Shown here: positions 11,666 to 24,047 of the stretch, in pieces
Layout: every line of letters begins with the position of its first letter
Position numbering within the stretch: the first letter of the stretch is position 1
Origin: Vicugna vicugna
Taxonomy: Eukaryota
Assembly (NCBI GenBank): GCA_013265495.1
Contig: MU058781.1
Location: 8,475,009-8,539,008 of the forward strand
DNA: 64,000 nt
Reading direction: 5' to 3'
Notes under the pieces: generated by a model
What the model was told of the DNA's origin: nothing
Databases searched by the model: none
The model's input: the letters and a program-made list of their open reading frames with translations, nothing else
Program-made: the position numbers and the translations under genes

Positions 11666-14600
11666 TTCAGATTTAGCAGATAAGTCTGAGTTTTAAGAAT
11701 ATTAAAAGTTAATTAAAAGCCCAGAGGCAGCACAGTGATATAATGAGCTACCTCATTTTGTACCTTGTGCTTGACTTTTTCTTTTCTCTCACATTTTTGT
11801 GTTTTATTTTTAGTTCTGCCTAGAGCCCTATTTTCCCAGAGTTTAGGCACCTGATTTCTGTCATCCAACATAGCTGCCATCCTACCCAGGGATCTGCACA
11901 TTTGGTCAGCAGCTATTCTACAGTCAAGCCAGTGATAGAAGCTGAACAAAATGATACAAAGATAACTGAAAGGGAGTATGGTGGAGGAGGAAGGGGGGAG
12001 CTAGCGGATAAAACAAGAATTGTCTATACACAGTTGAAAACTAGACTAGATAAGTTTGGATCAATTGTGTAGAGCTGCATCTTCTCAAAAGGTGAATATA
12101 TGACTAGGATGTGTCTACAGTTTATAATTCAGAATCTTACCTGAGTATGGTTTTAAAGTGGGCTCATTCTGGGGAGAATTTAGAAATCAGTCTGTAATAT
12201 TGAGATAGAAAATAAACCTATTATTAAGTTAATTTCTTCAGTCATTTAATGTTTATTAAGAGAAACAGTTATTCATTTATTCATTCAGTCACTCTTTGAA
12301 TGAGCATCAAGTGATTGCCATACACCAGGTGGCATTGTAGGTGCCAATGTCCAAATAGAAAAAGACATACATCCTATCAGCAAGAGGAAGCTTACAGTCT
12401 AGTTGAGAGAGAAACAACTTTTAGCTAGGAGAAGTGAATTCTGAGGACCAGATCTTGATAAGTGATTTCTCTTTCTGAAGCCATATTTGGAAAACATGGA
12501 AGGATAGATGGTTAGAGGCAGAAATGGAAATGAAGGGAAGATGGAGCCTTGCTGCTGGAGAGCTTCACAAATCAGGAGAGCCACTGATCAGGGTGGTTTA
12601 GGGACCTGTGCACCTGGATGCAGCCATGCCTGCAGAAGACTGCCCAGGTAGGTACAACTCAAACACGAATAAACCAATGGGTTCATTTTCCAGGATCTAG
12701 GGAGCTGGGGGGCCTCAATCCAATCTAGACTACAAGCCAAATATCACGAAGGAAAATGACAAGATTAAATGGTAGGTCACGCCTTGGGATATGAATGAGA
12801 ATTCCTGCCCAGGCTACTTAGAATGAATCAGCCAGGAGTCAGTAAGAAGTTAAAAGAAGTAACACTCATAGCAGGAAGTTGCAGTGATCCACAGAATGCA
12901 AAGAGCAAGCTTTTCTTTGTGCCCTTCAATCTGGGACTTGAAGACTGAAAAGACAAACAGAACAATGTATTGAAATATTCTGGAATGTTTATAACACTAG
13001 AAATTAACTTTATGCTTTGTGTGTGAAGAGTACTATCAAAAAGTTCTGGAGTTCCCTATGTGGGGTGGCTAGGAAATGCTGTAGGAAACAGAATGGTGAA
13101 AGTCCCATGTCATCAGGGATGTCCCTCAGAAACAACACTGGAAACTCTGGCAGTGCTTCTACTGGGCTGTTTTAGGACCTAAGTATACACCATGTAACAG
13201 TAGAGGCAGAGTCAGTTCCTAGGGGAAAGGGAAATGTATGTGTTCTCTATTGCCTACATCAATTTCAGTGGCTGGGGTACAGAAACATGGGAACTAAAAC
13301 CATGTTTTAATTTAATTACCCAGGGAATTAAGATAAACAAGCCAATCAAGGCCTAGCTTTTCAACTCAGACAAAGCCATGTTAACTGGTAATGATCAGAG
13401 AATCACAGAATTTAAGTTGGAAGACAATCTTATACCTAACAAGGAGCTGATTTCATCATGTGACAGTTCCGTGACGAGTTTTTTTTTTTTCTTTCAGTCA
13501 AGAAAATCTCTGGAACCCTAGTCCAATAATGCTCTTTTGGTGGCATCTATAAGGTCTCCTAGCTCCCCTGCTCAGACACGCACACCAGGGAGCTGCCACT
13601 TCCCAGTTTGGGTCTCGGACCCACAGCCTGGCTGACATGGTTAATTCATCATTCTGAACTGACATAAGCTGGAAGATCTGTGTCCACACTGTCGACCAGC
13701 CCTGTAACCTCTACTCTTCTACACCACATTTCATGGGTAGACGCTATCATTACCCTCTGTGCCTAGTGCACAGCAACAAATCAGGAGAGGTGGAAACCCC
13801 TGGAAGTCTAAGTCTCAGTGGTTCTTTTGTCCTCAGTCTTTGATAAAAATCGATTTGCTCTATTTAAACAGAGGAAGAATCAAATTGGCCACATCTTCTA
13901 AATAGGATGTTCTATTTCCCCCTTGAAAGACTCAGACTTCTCTTTCTGTACAGACTACTCTTCAGCTTCAGAAACCTTTAAGACAGTTTTTCTGCATAAT
14001 CAAATTCAGGGACAGTTGCCTCAGCTGAAGCCTAAATTATACTGTGTCTCTCATCCTTGAATACTCTTTAGCATTGTTCAGGGCTTTACAGTTTACATTT
14101 TCATCTGCCTTGTCTCTCCATCTAAAGCCATTTATAACTGATGGCAACAGCTGCAGAAGTAACTAATCAATCTGAAAATGACAGAACAGTATGTGGGTGG
14201 TGATGTAAGCAGAGGATGAAAAGCATTTAGCTGTAAGCCATACTCTGGAGACCCAAGGAGCCAGAAAGAACACTGCGATTCCACAAGAGAGATCTGAAAT
14301 AACGACATTAGTACATAAAAATTAAACCATGTCAACAAAGAGAGCAGTTTAAATGGGTTAGGAATGGGAATAGAGGTTGTGTGTGCTTAGAAACGGAAAG
14401 AGACAGAATGAGACCCAAGATGCTTGAGAAGAGCCACAGCTAAATCCTGTCCTTGACAAGAAACCAAAGAATGGCTGCTCCTTTAGTCAAAGAGAAGGTA
14501 CCATAACAACTGACTCAAAGTTTGGGTATCTGTTGAGGGAATAAAGTGAGTGTTAAAGACAGGGGAAGCCATAGGGGTGTAAGGAAGGAAATAACTCTCT

Positions 14601-15534
14601 TACCTGGTCCTGGGAAGGAGATAAACCAGCAACTGGGGCGGGGGGGGCAAAATTAGTTGTAAGTGAAGAAGAAAGAACTGGATAGGACTCTTGCTCTGAC
14701 AATATGGCAGGTTAGATGGCCAGGAAACCCTCTTGTTACAAAACATCTAGATTGCACAGAAAAAAAAAAGTTTTATTGTATTGCTGAGATAACAGGGAAT
14801 TTATAAGGGCCAGAAGAATAAAAAAAAAGAAAACTGAGCTGAAAAGAAAGGTTGCAGAGCATGTAAATGGGAACAACAGGTAAACCTAATGTTGGCTATC
14901 AATTTCATGTAGAATATTGTCACCGGAATTAAGGAAAAAAGAAGCCCTGGGTCAACCGAGAAAGACTGAAGTACTGAACCTAAGACTCTGAGATTAAACC
15001 AGAGAAACTGAAAGAAGGCTCTAGTGTTCCAGGCCAGAATCATCCCCCTGACTTTCAGCAGAGCAAATACATATCCTCTCCGGACAAGACATCCTTAATG
15101 GAGGACCACAGACTGTATCTACCAAACGTAAGATCACAGTCCAGATCATCAAATACATAAGGAAACAAACCAGGATTAACAGCAGAAGCAGCAAACATCA
15201 GTTTTAGACCTCAAAGAACTCAAGTAAAGGAATTATCAGATACAGTGTATAAATATGTATGAAATGCTTAAAGAAACAGAAGATGGTAACACAAAAATGA
15301 GTGATTAAGAAGAGATGATCAAAACCTGCCACACAGATTAGAAAAAGAATAAAATGTTAGAAATTTAAAATACAATTACTGAAGAAAAGAAAACAAAATG
15401 AAGCTAAACCAGCAGATGAGATACAGCTAAAGACATCATAATAAACTGGTGTAGTAAATCTGACAAAACTACCCAGAATGTAGCCAGATAGAAAAGGAGA
15501 TGGAAAATATAAAGAAATTTTAAGACATGGGCAG

Positions 15535-15830
15535 CAGGGATTGGAAAAAATTTTCTTTTCTGTAATGATCCAGATAATAAATATTTTAGGCATTGTTGGC
15601 CATAAGATCTCTGTCAAAACTACTTAACTCTGCCTCTGTAGTGTGAAAGCAGCCATAAACGGTAAGTAAACAAATGAGCGTGGCTGTGTTCCAATAAAAA
15701 CTATGAATTCTAAAATTTTCATGTAGTTTTCACTTGCCATGAAATAATATTCCTCCTAGGATTTTTTCCAACAATTTTACAAATGTAAAAATTGTTTTCA
15801 GCTCACAGGTTGCACAAAAAGAGGAGATGG
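15535..15830 (+). mobile_element. MER58B-like hAT-Charlie element (right end interrupted or decayed)
   Basis: ccagataataaatattttaggc...aaagcagccataaac...gtggctgtgttccaataaaa followed by the MER58B-type internal segment. Confidence 0.75.
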
Positions 15831-18800
15831 GTGGTTTCAGGTCCAACGTGTAGAGTGTAGACGTTGCCCCTCCCGTCCTCCCAACAAGAAAAAAACTAAA
15901 CAATGAAAATCAACAACTCTCCTTAGATCCGTGAGAGAACTGAGGTCTAGGACAAGCCACCACCCTGTAAACTGGAGAAGCAGGCAAATCCAGAGAACAA
16001 ACCTTACTCAGAAACAGCCACTGGAACCAGCAACTGGTATGAAAACCTGAAGGGTAACTGACTGGTTGTGGGGTCTGCCCCCAGTGTGAGGGAATCTCCC
16101 GAGGACCCAGTCTCAGGGCTCCTTACACTTTCACTAGTGCTCCCTCCAGGAGGGAAATCGGGAAAGAGAGACGGGGAGCAGAGATCGGATTTTTTTTTCT
16201 GTGAAGAGCCAGATAATAAGATGTTTTAGGCATTGTGGGCCGTAAGGTGAAGGACCTGAGGGTAAAGATCTGAGAATATTTCCCTCCTGCTTCTGGCAAG
16301 GGGAGGAGAAAAGTTAACTATTTTGAAGTATGCTCAGACTAGTCTGTTCTCCCTAACAAAGGTCTGCCCTCAAGGAAACCTGTTTTGCCAGAGCCTATCC
16401 AATGTGGATTTTGCCAGAGTTTAGGTGATACCAGGGAAAGGAAATATCCAGTTCCAGCCCCTTCTAGCATTCCTGTCCCATCCTACAGGGGAAAAAGGCA
16501 GAGAAGCTTGTGAAGGTCACAGCCTGAGGCACTAAAAGACTGCAATCTAATCATAAGATTCCAGAATGCCTCCCATCTCCCACACCATACCACCACATCA
16601 GCAGGGCTGTGTACAGAATAGAGGATGGCAATGGAAAGAACTGCGAGTCTCAGGCTCTTTTAAAAACGAGTTTCTAGGAAAACTCAAAGACAACAGGAAT
16701 GATAAAAATGACAGTAGAGGAAATTTTAGCCACTGACACCACAGCTATAGCAAATAGTACACACAGCCTACCTCCTAGCCAGACAAACTTAAAACCTCAC
16801 ACTAAAGACCTACCTACTGCAGTTCCTTTTGCCTGATATATAATGCCTGAATTCCAGAGAAAAATTACAAGGCATACTAAAAGGCAAAAAACAAAGTTTG
16901 AAGAGACAAAGCAAACAACACAACCAGATTCAGGTATGGCAGAGGTTTGAGAATTGTGAGACTGGGAATTTAAAATAACTGTGATTAAGATACTAAGGGC
17001 TCTAATGGGAAAAAAAATGGACTTCATGCAAGAACAGATGGGAAATGTAAGCAGAGAGATGGATACTCTAAGGAAGACTCAAAGGAAAATACTAGAACTT
17101 AAAAACACAGAAACAAGGGAGAGGGTACAGCTCAGTGGCAGAGGGCATGCTTAGTATGCACAAGGTCCCGGGTTTAATCCTCAGTATCTCCATAAAAACT
17201 AAACTTAAAAAACCAAATTACTTCCCCCTTCCAAAAACCAACAAAGAAAAAACCAAAAAACAGAACAAACAAACAAAGAAAAAAAACCTACAGAAACAGA
17301 TATGAAGAATGTCTTTGATGAACTCAACAGATTGACATGGCCAAGGAAAGAATCAATGAACTTGAAGCTGTGTCAATAGAAACTTCTTAAACTGAGAAAC
17401 AAAGAGAAAAGAAAATTTTTAAAAAAAGAGGGGAGACAGACAATTCTAGAACAGTGGGAAAATTACAAAAGGTGCAATATGCACTTAATGGGAATACCAG
17501 AAGAAAGAAAAAAGGGAACAGAAGAAAATGCTTTATGTAATAATGGCTGAGAATTTTACAATAATAATGACAAACAACAAACTACAGATCCAGGAAGCTC
17601 ACAGAACACCAACAGGGATAAAAGGTCTACACCTAGGCATATCATATCCAAACTGCAGAAAATCAAAGACAAAGAAGAAATCTTAAAAGAAGCTGGAGGT
17701 GGGGAGGATACCTTATCCATAGAGAAGCAAGGATAAGCATTACATTGGACTTCTCAGAAAAACCATGCAAGCAAGATGAGAGTGGAGAGAAATACTTAAA
17801 GTGTTAAAAGAAAAAAAATCAATCTATAATTCTATACCCAAAAAAATTATCCTTCAAAAGTAAAAGAGAAATAAACACTTTCTCCAACAAGTAAACATTG
17901 AGGAAATTTGTTCCCAGCAGACCTGCCTTGAAAGAAATGTTAAAAGAAGTTCTTTAAAAAAAAAAAAAATTCTTCAGAGAGAAGGAAAATGATAGATGTG
18001 AGACACTCAGATCTACATAAAGAAAGGAAATTTGTTAGAGAAGTAATAAATGAAGGTAAAATAAAATATTTTATTTTTCTTACTCATAATTGAGCTAACA
18101 GACAAATTGGCAACCATATGTTAGATGATTGTAGCTTATGGATAAGTGAAACGAATGGCAGCAGTGTTATAAGGGATGGAGAGAGGAACTGAGATAGCGT
18201 GTTATGACATACCAGTACTGCATGTGAAGCAGAGTAGTGTTATTTGAAAATGGACTTAGATTAGCTGTAAATGTATACCACAAAGTCTATGAAAACAGCT
18301 AAAAATTTTTTATAAAGAAGCATAATTTATACAAAACAGAAGAATGAAATCATACAAAATGCTCACTTAAAACCAGAGAAGAAAGAAAAAAAGTGGGAGA
18401 CAAAAAAAAGGCAAAAATAGACAACAGTAACAAACGTAGTAGATATTGATCCAACTATTGTCAATAATCACTATAAATATCAATGGTCTAAACACACCAA
18501 TTGAAAGCAGAAACTGTCAGAGTAGATTAAAAAACAAGAGCCAACTACGTGTTATTTATAAGAAATCCACCTTAAATATAAAGATAGATTGAAAATAAAG
18601 GAATGGAGAAAGACATACCATGCAAATGCTAATCAAAACAAAGTGGGAGTAGCTACATTAATTTCAGACAGAGCAGTCTTCAGAGTAGGGAAAGTTATCT
18701 GGGATAAAGAGGTCATTACATAATGATAAAGAGGTCAAAACTCCAAAGTGTAAAACAGTCCTCACTGTGTATGTGCCCAACAGCAGAGTGTCAAAATACA

Positions 18801-19830
18801 TCAGGCTGACAGAACAGCAGGGAGAAATATACAAACCCACTACTAGCTGGAGACTTCAATACCTATCAGTAATTGACACCAAAAGGCAGAAAGTCAGTAA
18901 GGACACAGCTGAACACAACAGCACCATCAATAACTTAGACTTAATTGACATCTATAGAAAATTTCATCTAACAACAGCAGGCTCACATGGAATATTCACC
19001 AAGATAGACCACTTTCTGGAGCACAAAACACAACTTAACATTTTTTAAAAGAATAGAAATTATACAGTGGTCCTCAGACCACAGTGGAATTGAATTAGAA
19101 ATCAATACTAGAAAGAGAGCTGGCAAACACTTAGGTATAAACCTAATAAAATATGTATAAGATCTACATGAGGAAAACTACAAAGCTCTGATAAAAGAAA
19201 TCAAAGATCTATATAAATGGAAAGCTATTCCATGTTCATGGATAGGAAGACTAAAAATTGTTCAGATATCAGTTCTTCCCAATTTGATCTATAGATTCAA
19301 CTCAACCCCAAGTCTGAGTTGAATCTATAGATCAAGTTATTCTGTAGATATCAACAGAGATTCTAAATTTTATATGGAGAGGGAAAATCCCCAGCATAGC
19401 CAAAAGAAAACTGAAGAACAAAATTGGAAGACTGACACTACCAACTTGAAGACTTATTATAAAGCTGTAGTGATCAAATCAGCATGGCACTGGTGAAGCA
19501 ACAGACAAATTGATCTGTGGAGCAGACTGGACTCCAGGAATAAGACCCACAGAAATATAGTCAACTGGTCACTGAGAAAGGAACAAAGGCAATTCAGTGG
19601 AGAAAGGATAGTCTTTTCAACAAACGGTGCTAAAATAACTGGACATCCTCATGTCAAAAAAAAAAATGAATCTAGACACAACCTTAACCTCTTTCACAAA
19701 AATTAACTCCAAATTAATCATAGGCCTAAATGTAAAACAAAATCCATAAAACTTCTAGAAGATTAAATAGAAGAAAATCTAGATTCCCTTTGTTTTGGTG
19801 ATGACTTAAGAAAACACCAAAAGCATGATG
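15830..19830 (+). mobile_element. Degenerate ancient L1 (L1M class): 5' region, ORF1 remnant, inter-ORF region, ORF2 endonuclease remnant and post-RT ORF2 remnant
   Basis: A-rich sense strand; ORF 18767-19048 translates to endonuclease-like INNLDLIDIYR...IFTKIDHFL; ORF1-like cagatccaggaagctc...cacctaggcatatcata; many stops and frameshifts. Confidence 0.85.
17117..17287 (+). mobile_element. Vic-1-like tRNA-derived SINE nested in L1
   Basis: gggagagggtacagctcagtggcagag...gggtttaatcctcagt, A-rich tail, flanked by duplicated acagaaaca. Confidence 0.85.
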
Positions 19831-21899
19831 AAAATAATGTTTATAAATTGAACATGCTTTGGTACAATGGTATTGGTACCTTATTCTTAAAATTAGATGT
19901 TGAGTTCACAGGTGCTCATCTCATTATTAAGCATCAAAACTCACATTCATGCTGCATTAATATTTTTGTATGTAAAATTATTACACAATTTTTTTTAAAT
20001 TTTGAGATTGGGCCCCAAAATACCAGAAAGATAAAGGTAAGGGACTGACAGGGTCTTTGAGAACAACTGGCCTTCAGAGTACCAATGTGATAGTTCATTA
20101 CCTGATGTATTACTAATGCACCATAGATTGAGTTAATCTTTTTTCTGTGCTGTGCACTGCAATCAAGCCTTCTGAAAGAAAGATAAAAATAGAAAATCGG
20201 GTAGAATTAAAGGAAAGGCAAAGCTTTGCAATTCATTATTTTTTTGAAAAGCCAAGAATTAAATCAGAAACAGAAATCTTAGAAGAGAAGCAAGGAGACA
20301 GAAAAAATGAGAGTTTCACCTCAGCAGGACCATGGAGTGCTTTCCTTAACTCTTCTCTGAAGTGTTGATGTGTGCAAACCGAGTGCCAGGAGCTGCCCTG
20401 GATAAAAACGGCTTTTCCTCCAGGCCCCTTCTCCAGCTGAGTTCAGTTGCCTTCCCAGAGGCCCCAGGCACAACTCGTTAGTGGACAGGTGCCAACAGGG
20501 TAGAGGCCGATGAGAGCAGGAACAGCCACGGACACAGTGCTGGACACGCTGACCCTTTGGTAGTCATTTTGTGAGAACACTGGGCAAAAAACTCCCGTAA
20601 GAACATCCTTTCTGAGCCATTCTTGCTGACTGACTGTTTCTTGCCTTTGTCTTGATTCCACAGCTAACATCATATTACCTTTGCTTTCTTTTACATCTTC
20701 CCTCTCTCCGGCCCACTGTTTGCCAGGCTCTCATAACCAGTGTGAAACTTGGCTTGGAGACACCTGCCTGGCACAGACCTCCTACTCCCGAGCCCAAATC
20801 CCCTCCTGACCCAGGGTTAGTATTTGGTATCTTGGACCTTACTGTTCCAATTCTGGTTATTCCAGTAGGCACCGATGGAAGACCAGAGACAAACAATATA
20901 CTATTAATGATTTTTTGGAAATAGCCATTCAACTCAGTTTACAACCTTCTTTGGGCCTCTGCTCTTTTTTTCCCCATTTACTGTACTTCGGGGGAAAATG
21001 CTATGTGATTTGTATTACCTTTCATCCTTTAATTGTCTAGCTTCTCTCTCTCTCTCTCTTTTTTTTTTTTTTTTGCTTTCAAAGGAGAGTTTCATTTACT
21101 ATCAACATTTGGCTTGATACATGCAAGGTCTAGACACCATCTAAAGTTATTTTTGATACTTTTTCATTTCATAGCTTATGTTTCAGTAGTCAGAACTCCT
21201 AGAATCAAGCGATGCCTTAAAGCAGGTTAAGATACAGGTGTGTGGACTTCTTCGCTAAGGTCTTACATTTCCTCCCAACAAGCGGTCAACCAATGTTCAT
21301 CATTAAGCCCCAACTCCCTAGAAACCTCCCACATTTCACTGTGGCCTCTTCTTCGCACAAGCCCTGTGCAACCAACTCACGCATAGACACACAACAATCT
21401 CCAAGTCACCCACACTGCACAACAGCCTGTCAACAACCATTGGTGGCTAATCAAGGGCCATTTTTCTCGACGCTGCCTGCAATCTTTTTTCCTTTTCTTC
21501 CACAATACACACTACTCAAAACAAAAGAAACAAGTTTCTTCTCCCTAACTTAAGACAGCTGCTTTAACTCTACACATCTCTTCCTTCGCTACAACCCACC
21601 CCCCACCCTGCCTAATTTTGTCTCCTGCCTTTGTGATTCAGAAGGTGCAGGGTCTAGGAAGATGTCATTCAACTCTATAGGCTACCGGCACCAGCACCTG
21701 GTTCCAGGCCAACCCTGGGCAGGCTAGCATCCAAGTCCTGCACCTGCCTGGATTCCATCACCTCATCCGCCAGAGGCAGCTTCAGAGCCCCGGCCATCAT
21801 GGCTCCTCGCTTGCCCCAGGAGACACCGTTTCTGGTACAAAGGCGAGTAGTAGTGTGATTCTACCCAACGCGGCAAAACTGTAGAAAACTCCAAACCAA

Positions 21900-22410
21900 G
21901 ATCTCCCATGCGGTACCCACCAGCCACCTCAAGGCCGACCCGCACTGCCCGTATCCTTGGCTCCTTGCTCTTGGCTGCTCTGACTTCCAGAATCAGTTTC
22001 CCCCAGCTCTCCGGAGCCGGCATCGGCCCTTCGGCTTAACCCCTCCAGACCGCCCAGAGGCCCCGCGAGCTCTCCCCTCGAGCTCGTGGTGGTCGCTTAC
22101 CGCTTTCCGAACAGACCAGCAGCAGCCACCTGCCGCCTACCGCGCTCCCAAGCCGCTCTCACACCCTCCAGCCGCCGCCCTCCGCCAGAAGCACCTTCCG
22201 GGAGCCACCCTCCTCGCCCCTCCAGGCCTCGCTTCCGGTTATCCCAGGGTCACTTCCGGTCACCCCTTCCCAACCTCCACGGCTTCTAACTAAACCCAGG
22301 TTTCCGTGGAGCCGACTCCCCGCGCGCTCTGCAGCCCTCATGGCCCGGAAACGCGGATGGAGAAAGACCAGCACCACCTTGAAACCCAAACTCCCGGGCT
22401 CCTCCACCAC
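21900..22410. promoter_or_regulatory. Orphan intergenic CpG island, putative ETS(GABP)-driven promoter
   Basis: GC- and CpG-rich block in an AT-rich, CpG-depleted context; CTTCCGG(T) at ~22195, 22232 and 22253; CCGGAA at 22345. Confidence 0.75.
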
Positions 22411-23354
22411 CCCAGCTATTTAGCTTCTTAAATTAAAATGACCAAGGTATTCTCTTCCTGGTGAGATCACCAATTTTGTCTTCTTGTATTTCTTTTGGCG
22501 ATGACTTGACATAACTGATATAGTACTAACCTTTTCAAGAAATTGTCATTTGTAAAAATGTTTGTTTTAGTATGATTATTTTTTCTTACCGGGGCAAGAA
22601 GATAACATGGTAAGAGAAAAGAAAAAGAAGACCACTCTCTGGTCTCTTCCTGTTTTGGTGTGTACCACTTAAAGCTGCCACACTCAGAACGAATAAAGTA
22701 TAGGAAGCCACAACTCTTAGAGTTAAGTACCTAATAAAGTTCCTGTTACTTCAGTTTTCAAATATATAGTGGTTTCAGTATAACCCCCCGAAACTTAATT
22801 ATATAGCAGTGTCATTAAGGAGACTTTCCAAATGGTTCACAAAAATTCTAACACCAGCCATGTTTTTTGAAGAGCTTCAGATATGATTACAAAGCAAGAT
22901 TCTTCTCTTGGTTTTGTTTTTGTTCTCAGCAACTCTCTTTTACTTTACCTCACTTTTTAGCTCTGCTACCACTAAACAAAGGGCTTCTTCTAGAAGTCAG
23001 CGTTTTTGTAGATCTGAGGAAGACTGCATCCATTTTAAAATGGTAGAAGAGCAATTTAAACTGGTTTAAAAAAGGAAGTGCCTGGAGGTGTTTTGACAAC
23101 ACATTGCAGTATTGAGCACTTGGCTTTCATTATGCTTTGAATGGTAAGAGAGTGATGATATGTACTGAGTTTCTTTTGAAACTCCAAACAGGAGTGCCAG
23201 AATGGAAGGGATATGGGAATCAGAGCATACGATGACCCTTTTAAAAAAGACCCATACACATTCTATGGGTTTTGTTTTATGGAGAACTCCGACTGATGTA
23301 GCATCTATGTATTAGAAATCCTGTCTGCTTCCCTCCTCCACTATCAAACAATAG

Positions 23355-23720
23355 TGTCACAGGTGGGTCCTCTGATTAGTATTACATGACCCTCCTTTCC
23401 CCGACTCAACTGGTTGAACATAGTTTCTTCCTCAGGAACTGGAATTGGGGACTAAGAGAAACTAGTGCGTATTTCTTGAGTGGAGGAGCTGTAGTCATGT
23501 TCCACAAGAAGTGAGTAGCAGAGGAAGCCATGGCAATTAAAGAAGGAACTGCAGGAGTTAAGAGAAACAGAGATAAGAGACAAAGCAAGAGCAATGAGTT
23601 CCACATGCTTCCTGAAGCCAGCAGCACCCTGGCCCTGGAATTCTCATAATAAATTCTTCATTGCTTATTTAGCCTTGAGTTTGTGTCTGTTACTTGCAAC
23701 CAAAAGATCTTAACTAATAT
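23355..23720 (+). mobile_element. Old MaLR (MLT1-type) LTR
   Basis: 3' end ataaattc...gtctgttacttgcaaccaaaagatcttaactaata is typical of MLT1 LTRs. Confidence 0.6.
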
Positions 23721-23926
23721 GATAACCTAGTGTGTCAGGCAATTTGTCAGCCTCTAGGGATCCAGAGATAAAAAAGATGTGGTCCCCATCTCCCCCCCAA
23801 ACCCAACACCTAACTGAAAAAAAAAAATAGACATTGTTCCTTCCTGCAAGGAACTTTCAGTACCCAAGGGAGAGGTAAGCGCGTAAGCAGATAAAGCCTA
23901 TACAGTATAGTAAGTGAGGGGATATT

Positions 23927-24047
23927 TAGCGTTGCCAGATTTAGAAAACAAAAACAAAAGCAGGATGCCTGGTGAAATTTGAATTTCAGATAAACAATGA
24001 ACACATTTTTGTATAAGTGTTTCCCAAATATTTTATCTGGCAACCTA
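23927..24047. mobile_element. MER53-like MITE with an internal deletion
   Basis: TIRs tagcgttgccagat / atctggcaaccta; internal aaatttgaatttcagataaacaa. Confidence 0.7.

Noticed and set aside
13480..13700. Plus-strand acceptors (T-tract-CAG at ~13497, also ~11813) as extra E2F3 read-through exons
   Set aside because: They lie downstream of two strong poly(A) signals, and no convincing ORF or matched donor was found.
18767..19048. Endonuclease-like ORF as an active gene
   Set aside because: It is a frameshifted L1 ORF2 remnant with the RT core missing.
22159..22410. 83-aa minus-strand ORF in the orphan CpG island (ATG-initiated part MRAAERAG..., about 60 aa)
   Set aside because: Stop-poor GC-rich DNA yields such ORFs by chance; no homology was recognised and it starts upstream of the presumed transcription start.
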